DNA of 16,715 nucleotides from a virus: UHGV virus genome UHGV-1907752; one strand, 5' to 3'. Shown piece by piece: positions 15,934 to 16,715 of this stretch (position 1 is its first letter; each line of letters starts with the position of its first letter). The notes under the pieces were generated by a model. It saw only the letters and a program-made list of their open reading frames with translations, ran no database searches and was not told where the DNA came from. The position numbers and the translations under genes were made by a program.

Positions 15934-16022
15934 ACTTTTATTCACTTACATTTTGCCAGTTCGCAGGATTTCGTGTTATCCGTCCGCCTTGGCCAACGTC
16001 ACTTATTAGCAAAATATTCTGC

Positions 16023-16556
16023 TTATCTGTCGATTCCCCAGCACGCCAGCGCGCTCTCCTGGTCACGACGGGATACCTGACCGTAACAGTTATTTGAGCG
16101 AATACGGCAGTCTCTGCCACCGTCCTTAATCCACCAGCGAATCGCCTCACACGCTCCCCTGCGATCACCTGCATTAATTCGTTTATAAAACGTCGACGGA
16201 AAACACTTACCGGGGCCAATGTTGTACGGACAGAATGACGCGATCCCCGCTTTCTGGGGTTCACTCAATGGCACTCTGATGTTTTTCTCCACCCATGCCA
16301 GCGCCTTATCACGCTCAATGGCGTTAACCCGGTCGCATTTTTCCTTCGACAACTTCATGCCCGGGACGACAGGTTTACTATCCACCAGGATGGCACCGCG
16401 GCAGATGGTCCAGATACCCGCGCCATCACGGTATGCCGTGGTGTGGTTACCTTCCTTTTCATCCAGAAACTGGTCGAGGATTTCAGGCGCAGGCGCACCT
16501 GCGGCAATCAGCGCCAGAACGGCAGCCGACAGGCCGTATTTGATTTTGGTGTTCAT
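16023..16556 (-). CDS. SAR endolysin (T4-lysozyme-like / GH24 muramidase with N-terminal signal-anchor-release domain)
   Basis: 177 aa. The N-terminus has a weakly hydrophobic Gly/Ala-rich segment (GLSAAVLALIAAGAPA) typical of SAR domains, followed by the E-8aa-D-5aa-T catalytic motif (E…GNHTTAYRD…GIWT). Overall it resembles phage 21 R-type endolysins. Confidence 0.85.
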   Translation of the reverse strand: MNTKIKYGLSAAVLALIAAGAPAPEILDQFLDEKEGNHTTAYRDGAGIWTICRGAILVDSKPVVPGMKLSKEKCDRVNAIERDKALAWVEKNIRVPLSEPQKAGIASFCPYNIGPGKCFPSTFYKRINAGDRRGACEAIRWWIKDGGRDCRIRSNNCYGQVSRRDQESALACWGIDR

Positions 16557-16598
16557 GGATATTTATCAGGGTTTATCGATTTCAAATCCCTGGATATG

Positions 16599-16715
16599 TT
16601 AAGTCTTCAGGCCAGCGGTGGAGTCTTCAGAGAACCAGTAATTATTCCCGGTAGTTTTCCTCTGTAGGTTATCAACACATCCTGCGCCTCTAAAATTACG
16701 GGGCGCTTTTCCGGC
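16599..16715 (-). CDS. 3' end of an upstream ORF truncated by the window edge (function unknown; not obviously holin-like)
   Basis: Minus-strand frame open from the window edge to a TAA at 16599-16601, reading …KAPRNFRGAGCVDNLQRKTTGNNYWFSEDSTAGLKT*. It is hydrophilic and ends 42 nt upstream of the endolysin start. Confidence 0.25.
   Translation of the reverse strand, partial: AGKAPRNFRGAGCVDNLQRKTTGNNYWFSEDSTAGLKT

Noticed and set aside
15938-16264. Minus-strand 108-aa ORF overlapping the endolysin 3' end
   Set aside because: It is an alternative frame of the endolysin gene with Arg-rich low-complexity translation.

Overview
The window is almost entirely the late (lysis, packaging, head, tail) region of a lambdoid/HK97-like siphovirus prophage, transcribed on the minus strand from high to low coordinates. 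Gene order on the minus strand: partial upstream ORF (16599-16715), SAR endolysin, a 640-bp stretch of short hydrophobic ORFs with a terminator-like hairpin, Rz/Rz1 spanins, an AT-rich moron island (an outer-membrane-type lipoprotein made of a TonB C-terminal domain, plus a small ribbon-helix-helix-like gene on the plus strand), HNH endonuclease, a cos/packaging intergenic region with GTTAAC-core repeats, TerS, TerL, a prohead protease-scaffold-major capsid fusion, a portal gene with a C-terminal tandem-repeat array broken by a 10-N assembly gap, head-tail connector genes, tail completion, major tail protein with an Ig-like C-terminus, a G/GT -1 frameshift chaperone pair and the tape measure protein. 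Most interesting are the TonB-C-domain lipoprotein moron (candidate TonB mimic for superinfection or colicin exclusion), the portal repeat array, the unexplained endolysin-Rz interval, and terminator-like hairpins placed just upstream of strong ribosome-binding sites inside the late operon. All calls come from reading the sequence and ORF track and from recalled family signatures; no database search was run. My own coordinates may be off by 1-2 nt.
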